This document shows, piece after piece, positions 35,965-46,126 of a stretch of 64,000 nt of DNA (the first letter of the stretch is position 1; every line of letters starts with the position of its first letter). The notes under the pieces are model-generated. The model saw only the letters and a program-made list of their open reading frames with translations, was not told the origin of the DNA and searched no databases. The stretch covers positions 172,719 to 236,718 of the forward strand of contig CBDFKY010000005.1 in NCBI GenBank assembly GCA_965248995.1. The letters run 5' to 3'. Both the position numbers and the translations under genes were made by a program. Source of the stretch: Rickettsiales bacterium. GTDB taxonomy: Bacteria > Pseudomonadota > Alphaproteobacteria > Rickettsiales > UBA998.

Positions 35965-38343
35965 TCATATGTCGCGCTGTTGTGAAGGATAGTCAGAGAC
36001 GACCTTCCCCCCTAACGATCCTCCATTACCCACATGCGCATCAGGCTTTTGCGAACGCTGGAATTCTACGATGTTATTCGCTATCAGGGTATCATAGGTA
36101 GGTTGGTAACTGTCACGATACATGGCTTCCCATTGAAACGCCTCGCCGACGTCGCCGGCATTGGCGATGGCGTGTTTTTTATAGGTTGCATAGTTTTTGG
36201 TCACTTCTCCCATTTTTGCCGCAAAATCTTCTACGTTTCCTGAGGCGAACGGTAAAATGCTTACACCCTGCTGCTGCATGTGCGCCTGCATGAAATTGGT
36301 GGACTGGTATTTATCTGACGCAAGGATAGGGATACCAGTTCCCGCCTGCTCCACCCCTACCAGCCCCCACGGCTCATTAAGGCTCGGGGAGAGTCCGACG
36401 GCTTTGGGAAGCGCGTAGAGGGCACGTACCTGGTCGCTCCGCAGGGAAGGCATAAGGAAAATGCGTTCGCCTAAATGCAGTTCGGGATGCTCCATGTCCA
36501 GCGCTTCCACCAAATTAAGCAGGGTTTGCTGGTAATCAGACGCTTTTCCTTTCTCCGGTTTATGGGCTCCCAAAATCAGGGAACCCTTTTCATCCGGATG
36601 TTCCAACGCCCACTGGGCAAATGCATTTATGGAAAGATCGCTTCCCTTGCGTGCATCCGGACGGGAAATGGCAATGAATGTCGTGCCTTCCCGCAATTGT
36701 TCGGCCTGGCGATCTATTTTCGACTGGATGCCGTCAATGGTTTCCTCCAGCGCCAGCGCGGATGACTTGATATCATTCATGTCACCGATATACGTGCTGG
36801 CCCATGTCATGTGCTGTTGAAAAGAAGCAAAATCTTCTTTGCGGTCCCGCTGTTCCGCTTTCACCAGTTCGGCGATCGACTCCTTGCTGTCGCCACGCCT
36901 GATCACCTCCACGACTTCTCTTTCCCCACGCAGGTAAGGATGGTTCAGCAGCCCGGTTTTCGCCGCTTGTTCATCACCGACCAGATTCAGATCTTCAATT
37001 TTCGCTTCTATCGTTCGCAACAGCGCAGCGCCGGGGACAAACGGATGCGCTTCCCCGAGCAAAGTCTGCGCACTGGTGACGATCACTTCTTCCGTTACGT
37101 TTTCAAGCGCATCCGGTCTGTACACGTTACTGTCGAACCCGTTTCGCACGAATTCGACCGGAATACGGTCATTGGTCCACTTCCGAAGTGGCTCTACGGA
37201 CTCTTCACCTACCGATTTGATCGCTCCGACCCGGGAAAGATTTTCCCCGCTTTCCATGGTGAGGCGGTCAATGAAGGAAAATTCTTCGTTTCGTGCCGCC
37301 AGATCATGGAGAGCCGCTTCTTTCAGGATAACGGCGGTTATTTGAGGATCAAGCCGCGCCTCTGCCAGTTTCTGCTGAAACGACGCGAAATCCGTCTCCC
37401 TCGTTTCCAGCACTTCCGCGATAGCCCCGGCCACATTCGCAGAATCCTCATAACGTGCCGCCATTTTTTGGACGTTACGTTGTTTTTCAAGATACGGCTG
37501 CTCTTTGAGAGCGCTAATTTTTCCGCTGTCCAGCCCCGATGCGTCCAGGGCATTATCCATGAATTTAATGAACGCCTCGCTCATGGATTTACATTTTTCA
37601 ATCCCTAACGTATGCGGAGTGACTACGGTCGCGGTTGCCCCCTTGAACGCGTCATCCTCTTTTAAAATTTCCTGGGCATGGATGATCGTCTGCGCCCCAT
37701 CCACATAATTTCCGTCCAGGATAATATTCTTCTCGTTAAAACCCTGGATGTTTTCGCGCATGAAATCGATAGATGCCTTGGCGATCAGCGGATAAAGCGC
37801 TTCACGGTGCTTCATCGTCACTTCCTTGGGAACCATGGCGAATTTAGGATTCGGATCCGTTTCCGTCTGGCCGTATTTGATCCATTCCTTTTCGGTAACA
37901 CCGCCTTGAGTAAACAGGTTGAAAGGAAGGTAAACCACGAATGCGTCACCCTGATCGAGCGAGGCAAGATTATGCCGCACTACCTTTATCTCATCCGGAT
38001 GCTGGAAATCGTTCGACATGGCGAACAGAATGGATGGTGTACCGTTCTTGGCACTGGCCCATAATTTTTCAAACACATGGGCGGTCTGGCCCCCGGTGTC
38101 CGGATATTTTGCGAGATCTCCCGCATAACGGGGCATGTTGAGTTCGTTAAAGCCATTTTCAAATCCCGCCGTCACCTGCCCTTGAAGATGATAGATCGCA
38201 AGGATGTTTTTTTGTTCAGGATAGTTGAATTTGCTGTCTGCGGGAAGACTCGTTTCAACAATAGGGGCTTCAAGCAGCATAGTGGGAGAATCCTTAGAAT
38301 TTATATTTAGAATTAAATCTGGAGCGTCAGCGGCAGAACGCAT
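35965..38343 (-). CDS. large GT-B glycosyltransferase (family 4, sucrose-phosphate-synthase-like) with a long internal insertion; start uncertain (alternative 38280)
   Basis: The N-terminal half has YPDTGGQTAHVFEKL (the PDTGGQ motif of SPS/SuSy-type enzymes). The C-terminal half has SLNEPWGLVGVEQAGTGIPILASD (the EX7E region). About 300 aa between them contain a duplicated DFASFQQ segment. Confidence 0.55.
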   Translation of the reverse strand: MRSAADAPDLILNINSKDSPTMLLEAPIVETSLPADSKFNYPEQKNILAIYHLQGQVTAGFENGFNELNMPRYAGDLAKYPDTGGQTAHVFEKLWASAKNGTPSILFAMSNDFQHPDEIKVVRHNLASLDQGDAFVVYLPFNLFTQGGVTEKEWIKYGQTETDPNPKFAMVPKEVTMKHREALYPLIAKASIDFMRENIQGFNEKNIILDGNYVDGAQTIIHAQEILKEDDAFKGATATVVTPHTLGIEKCKSMSEAFIKFMDNALDASGLDSGKISALKEQPYLEKQRNVQKMAARYEDSANVAGAIAEVLETRETDFASFQQKLAEARLDPQITAVILKEAALHDLAARNEEFSFIDRLTMESGENLSRVGAIKSVGEESVEPLRKWTNDRIPVEFVRNGFDSNVYRPDALENVTEEVIVTSAQTLLGEAHPFVPGAALLRTIEAKIEDLNLVGDEQAAKTGLLNHPYLRGEREVVEVIRRGDSKESIAELVKAEQRDRKEDFASFQQHMTWASTYIGDMNDIKSSALALEETIDGIQSKIDRQAEQLREGTTFIAISRPDARKGSDLSINAFAQWALEHPDEKGSLILGAHKPEKGKASDYQQTLLNLVEALDMEHPELHLGERIFLMPSLRSDQVRALYALPKAVGLSPSLNEPWGLVGVEQAGTGIPILASDKYQSTNFMQAHMQQQGVSILPFASGNVEDFAAKMGEVTKNYATYKKHAIANAGDVGEAFQWEAMYRDSYQPTYDTLIANNIVEFQRSQKPDAHVGNGGSLGGKVVSDYPSQQRDI

Positions 38344-38488
38344 ATATTCAAAAAGTTGCTTATAGCTTTCGCCCTGAAAGACGATTGCCTTTACAGAAAA
38401 ATGAAATACATTGTTAATTTTTAATAACAGAATTTACGCCTGACACCAATCACATTTATGTGAAAGTTTTATGTCAAGCCGCAGAACT

Positions 38489-40078
38489 CTAGGCGTAGGA
38501 CACTACCAGGCAAATGGTCAGCACCAGCAGGAACACGGAAAGCACGCGGTAATTATTGTACCATTTCACGCCTTTCAATGTCAGGCCTTCCTGTTTGTAA
38601 TACGCCGAAGTCCAGACCAGATTATCGGTTTTCGACGCGTCCGGGGCAGGAGTCGACAGGCTTACCGTTACCAGAGTCGCTACGCAGATGATGACCAGAA
38701 TCGGTACGATATAGAGGAAATGAATATGCACGATTCCGAGTATGACATTCGCGATAAATAAAACGATGCCGCTGATAACACCGACAATCATGGCGGCGTA
38801 CGCTCCCTGTGCGTTAGCGCGTTTCCAGAAAGCGCCGACGAGGAACATGGAAGCGCTTGGCGGTACTGCGTAGGCGATGACCGTCTGGAGATACTTGAAC
38901 AGGGAATCGAAGTGCCTGATCTGCGGAGCCCAGAGCACCGCTACGAACATGATGACGATCGTCGCCAGCTTGCCGACGCGCATCAGCTGCTTGCTGGTAA
39001 GGTTGGGACGATAGCGGCTGACGATATCCATCGTCACCAGCGTGGAAGCGGAATTGAGGGTCGCATCGACCGCCGACAGAAGCGCGCCCAGGAAACCGGC
39101 GAATACCAGTCCGAGCAGACCGATCGGCATCAGGTCGAATAATAAGGTGGGGTATACGAGGTCAGGGCGTTTCAGGTGCGGATACAGCAGGATGGCGGCC
39201 GTTCCCGGCAGCACCATGATAAACAGCACGGAAAGCTTGAGAAGCCCCGCCATGAGCGCGCCTTTGCGTCCATGCAGCACGTCTTTGGCGCTTAGGATAC
39301 GCTGTACCATGAACTGGTTGGTACACCAGAAGTAAAACCCGAGCAGCGGCACGCCGGTCGCCAGTCCCAGCCAGGGTACGCCGGGATCGTTCAACGGGCG
39401 GATCAGGCTCAAATGATCGGCAGGTATTTTTTCGAAAATAGCGTGAAATCCGCCGATTTTATCGTAGGCGAGATAGGACAGGATCACCGAGCCGATCAAC
39501 AGCACGATCACCATCACCGTCTCGGCGATCATGACGGCGGATAATCCGCCGATCGCCGTATAGCATCCTGCCAGCACCGCCAGAATCGTGATGATCTGCC
39601 ATTGTTCCAGATTAGGAAACGCCATATTGGCGACCAGGCTCCCCGCATATAGGCTCGCCGCCGTTTCCACGACAATGTTAAGAAACAGGGTCAGGCAGGC
39701 GAAATAGAGCCTTACCCGGTGGTCATAACGTCGCTCGAGATACTCCGGCATTGTATAGACTTTGGACTGCACGATAAACGGCAGCATGAAGACGCAGAAA
39801 AAGACCAAGACGAACGCGGCCATCCATTCATAATTATAAACAGAAATACCGGTAGCGTAGGCATCGCCGGCCAGACCGATCAGCGTGGTGGATGAGATGT
39901 TGGAAGCGAACAGCGAAAAACCGATGATCGGCCACAACATGGAGCGGCCCGCCAGAAAGTAATCCTCGGAAGATTTATTTTTGCGCGAAAGCAGGATTCC
40001 CAGACTCAGCGCAACGATGAAAAATACGATGATCACGGCAATATCTATCGTAGTCAATCGTATTGCAAAATCCGTCAT
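38489..40078 (-). CDS. sodium:solute symporter family transporter
   Basis: 529 aa and multi-TM. SSF-type N-terminus (DYFLAGRSMLWPIIGFSLFASNISSTTLIGLAG). Confidence 0.8.
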   Translation of the reverse strand: MTDFAIRLTTIDIAVIIVFFIVALSLGILLSRKNKSSEDYFLAGRSMLWPIIGFSLFASNISSTTLIGLAGDAYATGISVYNYEWMAAFVLVFFCVFMLPFIVQSKVYTMPEYLERRYDHRVRLYFACLTLFLNIVVETAASLYAGSLVANMAFPNLEQWQIITILAVLAGCYTAIGGLSAVMIAETVMVIVLLIGSVILSYLAYDKIGGFHAIFEKIPADHLSLIRPLNDPGVPWLGLATGVPLLGFYFWCTNQFMVQRILSAKDVLHGRKGALMAGLLKLSVLFIMVLPGTAAILLYPHLKRPDLVYPTLLFDLMPIGLLGLVFAGFLGALLSAVDATLNSASTLVTMDIVSRYRPNLTSKQLMRVGKLATIVIMFVAVLWAPQIRHFDSLFKYLQTVIAYAVPPSASMFLVGAFWKRANAQGAYAAMIVGVISGIVLFIANVILGIVHIHFLYIVPILVIICVATLVTVSLSTPAPDASKTDNLVWTSAYYKQEGLTLKGVKWYNNYRVLSVFLLVLTICLVVSYA

Positions 40079-40197
40079 AACAGTATTTTCCAGTCATTCT
40101 AATGATAATGTCGCAGAGTTAACATAGAAATTCAGGTCTGTAAACCTAAAGCTTGCAGGAAAAAAACCGTATTTTCAATATGTTGCACCGCAACATA

Positions 40198-41232
40198 TCA
40201 TGCCGCAGCGATGCGTTGAAGTGATTCTTCACTCAGTTGCGGTTCCGCCTGCGAAATCACCGCCGCCGCCACGCGATGGCCGAGTCTCAGGCTTTCTTCT
40301 TCACCTTGGTCGTTCAACAGCCCGGAAATCACCCCGGCCATAAAGGCGTCGCCTGCTCCCAGCGTATTGACAACATTGGGCACGGAAGCGGGCGGCGTCT
40401 GAAAAACTCCGTTTCTGGTACGTAAGTAAGGCGCGGCGTTTCCGTGGCTGATGCAGAGCAGCGCGTCATCCGACCGCCCGGCGAGCGCTTCATATATCGT
40501 ATCGCAGGCTTGCGCGTAATCCTGAAACTTTTCGCCGAACAGCGCTTTTATCTCTTCCTCGTTTCCGAAAACACAGGCCGCATGTCGCTCGATCGTTTCC
40601 ATGAACAGTACGCTATGTACCCTCACCTGTTCTGCGCCGAAAAGGGTAAACCCTACCGCGGTATCATGTTTCGCCGCCAGCGCGAGTATATCCCGCCACA
40701 GTGTATAACCTTCGGGCAGGGCGGGCAGTTCTCCTTCCAGCAGGATCATATCCGCCCGTTCAATCTGCGCCTCAATCATCTGCGCATTCAGGGAAGACAT
40801 GCTGTCCCCCAGATAGCGGGCGACGGCGCGCTCTCCCTTTTCATCCGTCAACACGTAGGAACGGGAGGTCTCCAGGCCCATGCACTGTTCGGGAATCAGT
40901 TCCATTCCCGCGTCGATCACAGCGTCGGAAAAGATCTCGCCATACGTATCCTTCGCGCTCGCGGCGCAGAACGTAATGGCGACATCGGGGCAGAGCCGCG
41001 TCACCGCGGACGCCGTATTCGCCATCGAGCCGCCTGCCACGACGTCGATTCCATCCTTCAGCGTCGCGATTTCCTTTTCCATCGCCGCGATCTGGACCGG
41101 CGACAACATATTGCGCACGCCGGGTTTCATGCCGTAACGCTGCATCAGGTCACCCGCTTTTGCTTTGCCGATCAGAATGTCCGCCACCGGCATACCGATG
41201 CAGAGCAGATTATCCACATGTGAAAGTTTCAT
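40198..41232 (-). CDS. PfkB-family carbohydrate/nucleoside kinase
   Basis: The C-terminal signature NTLGAGDAFMAGVISGL and an N-terminal GG dipeptide region (VVAGGSMANT). Confidence 0.8.
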   Translation of the reverse strand: MKLSHVDNLLCIGMPVADILIGKAKAGDLMQRYGMKPGVRNMLSPVQIAAMEKEIATLKDGIDVVAGGSMANTASAVTRLCPDVAITFCAASAKDTYGEIFSDAVIDAGMELIPEQCMGLETSRSYVLTDEKGERAVARYLGDSMSSLNAQMIEAQIERADMILLEGELPALPEGYTLWRDILALAAKHDTAVGFTLFGAEQVRVHSVLFMETIERHAACVFGNEEEIKALFGEKFQDYAQACDTIYEALAGRSDDALLCISHGNAAPYLRTRNGVFQTPPASVPNVVNTLGAGDAFMAGVISGLLNDQGEEESLRLGHRVAAAVISQAEPQLSEESLQRIAAA

Positions 41233-41256
41233 TGTATTCCCTGTCCGAATGAATGG

Positions 41257-41853
41257 TTATGAAAGCAGTACCACGATGGTGTCGGGATGAATATGCCAGC
41301 CCATCAGTCCCGACAGTCCCATCAGTATTCCGAGCCCTGACGGCACCAGCGCCAGGACGTAGAGCCAGCGTTTTTGCACCAGGGCGGTAATCGCCAGCAG
41401 GGAAATGGCGATGGCGAGCATGGCGTCGCTTAAGTCGAACTGGTCGTCGCGGTAATTCAGCGCGTCGTATTTTTCCTGATCGGCTTTGGCACTGGTTTCC
41501 ATTTCCTTTTTCTGGCCGTCCAGATGGCTCAGTCTCGCATCCGCTTCCTTCAATGCCGCCTTGTAGAGCTCCTGTTGGGGAGCGGCAGCCGTCTGCATTC
41601 CCAGCGTCAGGGCGGAAATATGCTGCGAGGTCGTTTCCTCGCGGATATGAAGGGCCTGGTACCACGACCAGTGATCGATCTTGTCCGCCTGCGCCTGTTC
41701 CATCGTCTGCACCAGGTTATCATCCTTGACCTTGCAGATGCCCGTAAAGCTGGCGATGATCGCCACCGTCAGCGCCACGTACGTATTCAGGCGCGAAGCG
41801 TTCTGTTCGCGGATTTTTTCAACCGTTTCAACGGGGTCTACGTCCATGTTCAT
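41257..41853 (-). CDS. DUF4337-like membrane protein
   Basis: LNTYVALTVAIIASF...DHWSWYQALHIRE plus two C-terminal TM helices, as in that family. Confidence 0.5.
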   Translation of the reverse strand: MNMDVDPVETVEKIREQNASRLNTYVALTVAIIASFTGICKVKDDNLVQTMEQAQADKIDHWSWYQALHIREETTSQHISALTLGMQTAAAPQQELYKAALKEADARLSHLDGQKKEMETSAKADQEKYDALNYRDDQFDLSDAMLAIAISLLAITALVQKRWLYVLALVPSGLGILMGLSGLMGWHIHPDTIVVLLS

Positions 41854-41862
41854 TCCCTGCGG

Positions 41863-42924
41863 TTATAGCGTGAAATCACGGAAATCCATGGAGGCCGGCC
41901 GCAGATGTTCCATACGGCGCACCGTCGAGGCGCGGATCACTCCAGCATCGGTATCGAACCCGATAATCTGTCCTCCCAGTTCAGGGACCACCTGGCACGC
42001 GTAGAGCGCGTCTTCACCATAAGAGAGGAGAGGCGTCTTTTCCTTTTCGGAAACCGTGATTACCTGAAATTCCCCTGTCGACGCTTCCGCCTGGGCGGCC
42101 AGGGAGGCCATGTCTACGGGGAAGCCGTAAAATCCGTACTGAACGCGTGATTTATCGGGGGTATGAGGAATATACGCCTCGCTGTTCTTGCAGCTGAAAG
42201 CGATCAGATGCCGGCCGGTCAGTGCGTCGATATACATCCTCGGAACTTCCGCCTCGGGCACGCCGACGGCGAAGCTGATACCGGTCGCCACCCAGTCCGT
42301 CAACATGCGGGGCTGGCGGGAGCGCAGGAGTGCGACCACTCCGTGTGCGCCGTTTTTCTCTCCTTTCATGCCATGCGGCAAATCCTTACCGTGTGCGCAC
42401 AATAACATATATGCATACTCACTCCCGGGCGCGCGGAAAATGACCGGGTCCCGCCATGCATGGATGACAACGTCACCTTTAATGCTTTGCGTGTTGAAAA
42501 AACGTGGGTCGGCGTCGATATGCGCGTTTTTTACCCGCTGCCAATGCAGCCCGTCGGACGACATGGCAAAACTGATATGCTGCGTAAACGGACGGGGCAG
42601 ACCCTCCACGGGAGTTTGTGCGCTGTCACGTGACGTATACGCCATCAGCCGGTCGGTTTCCTTCCCGTACGCTAGCGAGCAACCCGTCCATATCGACGTA
42701 TTATCCCGGGAGGTGGACGCATCTGTCGCCGTCATCACCGCATGGTCATGATAATCGTACGTAACGAAGTCTCTGGTCGTTGCATAACCGATACGGGCAT
42801 GGAAATGATGCTCTTCTTTCGGCACGAGGGTGTGATCATCCACGTTCAGATAATAGACGTGGAAAAGCCCGGTCGCCGAATCGAACCAGTACCACGAATC
42901 CCAGATATAGGGAGTATTTTGCAT
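41863..42924 (-). CDS. clan GH-J (GH68/GH32-like) beta-fructofuranosidase/levansucrase-like protein
   Basis: The IWDSWYWFD and AWRDPVIF motifs (WDSW nucleophile block and RDP block). The start is set at the internal ATG (MQNTPY). Confidence 0.55.
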   Translation of the reverse strand: MQNTPYIWDSWYWFDSATGLFHVYYLNVDDHTLVPKEEHHFHARIGYATTRDFVTYDYHDHAVMTATDASTSRDNTSIWTGCSLAYGKETDRLMAYTSRDSAQTPVEGLPRPFTQHISFAMSSDGLHWQRVKNAHIDADPRFFNTQSIKGDVVIHAWRDPVIFRAPGSEYAYMLLCAHGKDLPHGMKGEKNGAHGVVALLRSRQPRMLTDWVATGISFAVGVPEAEVPRMYIDALTGRHLIAFSCKNSEAYIPHTPDKSRVQYGFYGFPVDMASLAAQAEASTGEFQVITVSEKEKTPLLSYGEDALYACQVVPELGGQIIGFDTDAGVIRASTVRRMEHLRPASMDFRDFTL

Positions 42925-43006
42925 CGTCTTTACCGCTTGAAACTTCAGCCCTGTATTAAGCAAGTTTACGAGTAAGGGCAAGCAGTTTATAAGGGGGATT
43001 GATGCC

Positions 43007-44773
43007 TTAATGCACGGTCAGCGAGGGCATTGCCTGCGTCATGGGCGTATGCATCACTTCGTTGGTGGCATCGATCGTCGTAGCCGGCGGCGTTATCCCC
43101 GAAGCATCTCTTATTCTGGCGAATTCCTCGTGCAGTTCCTCTTTTGCCTGTTTTCCCTGCGTTTGCGATTGATGCGGCGTCGTTTTAGACACAAACGGGT
43201 TATGCTCGATTTCCTGCACCAGCTGCTTCAAATGATCGGCGATATCGTTCGCTTTGACACCCCGCACCTGATCATGCATCGCGGCAAGCCCCGTGGCTGC
43301 CATGCTGATCACACGCTCACGTTCGACACCGGTCTCCGCCTGAGTGACCATCTGCGCCGTACGTGCGAGCAGTTCCTCGTATTTCATGAAAGGATCCTTG
43401 TCCTCCGCCGCATTTTTGGAACAGAAAATGGAGGCGAGGTTGCAGAGCAGGTAAAACGTGCTCATCGCGGAATGCGCCTGCCAGACGATGTCCTGATTAT
43501 TGCCGAGCTTCACCGCGTTTTCAGCTACGGATACATTGCTGCGCAGCTTGTTGATGTTCGCATTCGATGCGGAAATGTCGACGTCCACGCCGTTATTGAA
43601 ACGCAATTTATCAGGATCGGCATCGATGGAAAGCCCTTGCTGCTTATTCCACGCCTGCTCGAATTCCCCGCGCGCCTTTTCTAAATCCAGCCCGGCTTTC
43701 TCCTTATACCTCATGCTGAGATTCGTTACCTGTCCATTTTCCGTTTCCTGAAAATCGACGGGCCGGTTTTTAATCAGATTATAACGGCGCCAGGAATCCA
43801 TCGGCAACGCCACGGTACCGACGATATTCGAGAGCGTATTGACGAAGAACGGCGAAGACTGCGCGATCGCCTGCGCCTTACCAAGCGGGCTGGCCAGTTT
43901 TTCCGGCGGCTGTTCCTTCATCGGGATTTCCTTGACCGCCGTGGCGTACGTGGAGCCAAGCAACGCCGAGGCGCTCAGGATGAAACGCCCGTAATCCTGA
44001 TCTTTAAGGCCTGCCATACCGGTCTGTACGTTGTTGACGATACCGATGCCTTCCGTGAACCACATGAGGTTGTCACTGATGAAATCATCCAGCTTCTTGG
44101 CGAAAGGCTTGTTGGATTCGTAATGCTTGATCGTGTCCTCCACGGAGGTATTGGCGAGGTCGATTCCGTTTTCGGCGAACATACCGTGAAGTTTCTGCAA
44201 GACGGGATCCGTCTGCAACCCCCGGTCGCCGTTGCCTTTCCACAGGTACAGGCTGCAATTGAGGATGTTCAGGGCCGCCTGCCGGAGATTGTCGGTATTC
44301 CCTTCCCCCTCGAATCCGAATTTTCGCGTTATTTCCTTGGGCAACCCCAGAAACACCGCCTGGGTAAGGTGGCCCATCATGCCGAGACCTGCATAGACTC
44401 TCATCCCGTGCGTATGGCGGAACTCATCGAAGCGGTCACTGAACGTCATCGGCTTCGCGTTCGGGTCCTTCACTTCCTGCACGGTAGGAGTACCGGCAAC
44501 CACCCCGGTGGATTGAAGCGCTTCCAGCAGATGTTCCGGCTTGCCGAAATTCTTGGCGATGAGCGCGGGTTTTCCTTCGATGTTCTGCGCATAGCTGTAG
44601 ATACCATGGTCACGGATCAGCGTTTCCTGAAGCGCGGCCAGCTTTTCATGCGAAGCCGTATCTTCCGGTGCGTACAGGACCGCCCACAGTTTTCCGCCAT
44701 GTCCCGTTTCAATCGTCATATCCTGAAGGGCAGGACTGTCATTCCAGTGGTAATGGTCGCTTCGTTTTGTCAT
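43007..44773 (-). CDS. large hypothetical protein (588 aa), distant paralogue of 61870-63606
   Basis: A long ORF with coding-like composition. I do not recognise a family. The N-terminal 130 aa align by eye with the 599-aa ORF. Confidence 0.5.
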   Translation of the reverse strand: MTKRSDHYHWNDSPALQDMTIETGHGGKLWAVLYAPEDTASHEKLAALQETLIRDHGIYSYAQNIEGKPALIAKNFGKPEHLLEALQSTGVVAGTPTVQEVKDPNAKPMTFSDRFDEFRHTHGMRVYAGLGMMGHLTQAVFLGLPKEITRKFGFEGEGNTDNLRQAALNILNCSLYLWKGNGDRGLQTDPVLQKLHGMFAENGIDLANTSVEDTIKHYESNKPFAKKLDDFISDNLMWFTEGIGIVNNVQTGMAGLKDQDYGRFILSASALLGSTYATAVKEIPMKEQPPEKLASPLGKAQAIAQSSPFFVNTLSNIVGTVALPMDSWRRYNLIKNRPVDFQETENGQVTNLSMRYKEKAGLDLEKARGEFEQAWNKQQGLSIDADPDKLRFNNGVDVDISASNANINKLRSNVSVAENAVKLGNNQDIVWQAHSAMSTFYLLCNLASIFCSKNAAEDKDPFMKYEELLARTAQMVTQAETGVERERVISMAATGLAAMHDQVRGVKANDIADHLKQLVQEIEHNPFVSKTTPHQSQTQGKQAKEELHEEFARIRDASGITPPATTIDATNEVMHTPMTQAMPSLTVH

Positions 44774-44964
44774 AGTGACACGGTTCCTTGTGTAGGCTTC
44801 ACTTGGATGTTACCAGTGATTCGCATATACTAACAAAAAAAGGTAAGGATTTTGTGTGAAGATTCGGTGAAAATCATGCTGCAACGCAGCAAATCCGCCT
44901 TCCCTCCACGATATTATACTTACGTGCTCCATTAATCTATTCTAACCTGTTTTACGCGTTTATT

Positions 44965-45735
44965 ATGTTTCTACCCCAGCTATTTCGATTTATTTCATTG
45001 TTTTTTATAGCGTTTTTGGTATCGGTCGCTGCTTCAGCCTGCGGTTTTCTAGGATACTTAAATGCTCGAAAAAAAGTACAAGGGTTATTTTATATTAACC
45101 TGAAACGACTGTGGAAGCTGGTGATTACGGTGGAAGGATCTCTGGCTGAGGCCCCTCTCCTGATCGCCGCCAACCATTGCGGTTATATCGACGTGGCGGT
45201 GGTCGGTTCTCTGGCCGACATACGGTTCACCCCGAAAATGGAAGCGAAAAAATGGCCTTTGCTGGGAGCTATGGCACGCGCGTTCGACGTCATCTTTGTC
45301 AGCCGCGCCCGTGCGGACAGCAAGCATACGCAGCACATGCTGTTTGAAAAACTCCATGAAGGAGAGAAGATCTGTATTTTTCCTGAAGGTACCACCAGTA
45401 ACGGCAGGACGCTTAAACCGTTTAAGGCATCGTTGTTCGCGCTGGCGGAACAATGGCCCTATCCTGAACCCCTGAACGTTCAGCCCGTCGCCATCTGCTA
45501 TGAATCCGTTGACGGCGTGCCGATGAACGATACCAACTGGGAAGTGATCGCCTGGTACGGGGACGATACGCTGATTCGCCATGTATGGCGCCTGTCACGG
45601 GTAAAGGAAATCAGGGTAACGCTCAAATGCCTGGAGCCGCTGCACCTGCGTCCCGATGAAAATCGGAAAATGTTGTGTAAGGAAGTGGAGACGGCTATTT
45701 ATCACTCCCTGCCCCGCTCGAAAGAAATCACTTGA
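44965..45735 (+). CDS. lysophospholipid (1-acyl-sn-glycerol-3-phosphate) acyltransferase
   Basis: The HX4D block NHCGYIDV and the FPEGTTSNG block. An N-terminal TM helix is present. Confidence 0.8.
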   Translation: MFLPQLFRFISLFFIAFLVSVAASACGFLGYLNARKKVQGLFYINLKRLWKLVITVEGSLAEAPLLIAANHCGYIDVAVVGSLADIRFTPKMEAKKWPLLGAMARAFDVIFVSRARADSKHTQHMLFEKLHEGEKICIFPEGTTSNGRTLKPFKASLFALAEQWPYPEPLNVQPVAICYESVDGVPMNDTNWEVIAWYGDDTLIRHVWRLSRVKEIRVTLKCLEPLHLRPDENRKMLCKEVETAIYHSLPRSKEIT

Positions 45736-45788
45736 TTTTATCCTCCGATGCATTAAATATCCTCCTCTTTATTGATAGAGAATCAGAC

Positions 45789-46028
45789 ATGAAGAAAGAC
45801 ATCCATCCCAAATACCACGAAATCACCATCGTCATGACCGATGGAAGTTCCTTCAAGACCCGCTCCACATACGGCAAGGAAGGGGCGTCGATTCAACTGG
45901 ATGTGGATATCACCACGCATCCCGCCTGGAACAGCGGCAAGGCGACCCTGAAGAAAACGGGCGCGATGGACAAGTTCGCAGCGAAATTCGGCAATATGAA
46001 TTTCGGTGGGAAAAAAGCCGCTTCCTGA
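45789..46028 (+). CDS. rpmE: 50S ribosomal protein L31
   Basis: [32 protein letters not shown]...HPAWN. Confidence 0.9.
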   Translation: MKKDIHPKYHEITIVMTDGSSFKTRSTYGKEGASIQLDVDITTHPAWNSGKATLKKTGAMDKFAAKFGNMNFGGKKAAS

Positions 46029-46063
46029 TTCAAGAAACCGGTTTAAAAAAATTCCTAAGTCAG

Positions 46064-46095
46064 AAAAACCCGTAAAGACAGTTACGGGTTTTTTG
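46064..46095. terminator. bidirectional rho-independent terminator between rpmE and the convergent kinase gene
   Basis: aaaaacccgtaa-agacag-ttacgggttttt: a perfect stem flanked by an A-run and a T-run. Confidence 0.65.
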
Positions 46096-46126
46096 AAGTG
46101 TTTTTTACCGAAAGTTTCGCTTTATT

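Noticed and set aside
40178-40198. Perfect 9-bp inverted repeat ATATGTTGC-ACC-GCAACATAT at the PfkB stop, upstream of the symporter gene.
   Set aside because: It could be an attenuator, terminator or operator. However, the T-run is displaced and weak, and nothing in the sequence alone decides between these roles. It is left unannotated.
38451-41232. Shared 12-mer ATGTGAAAGTTT next to CACAT..ATGTG palindromes, upstream of the GT gene (38458-38469) and at the PfkB start (41218-41229). It could be a common operator.
   Set aside because: By rough estimate, hundreds of exact 12-mer matches are expected by chance in 64 kb counting both strands. One copy is simply the coding start MKLSHV.
45789-46028. 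L31 lacks the CxxC zinc motif. This might indicate a zinc-independent paralogue under Zur control.
   Set aside because: Cys-less L31 with this exact N-terminus pattern is the normal form in alphaproteobacteria as far as I know. No Zur-box-like palindrome is evident upstream.
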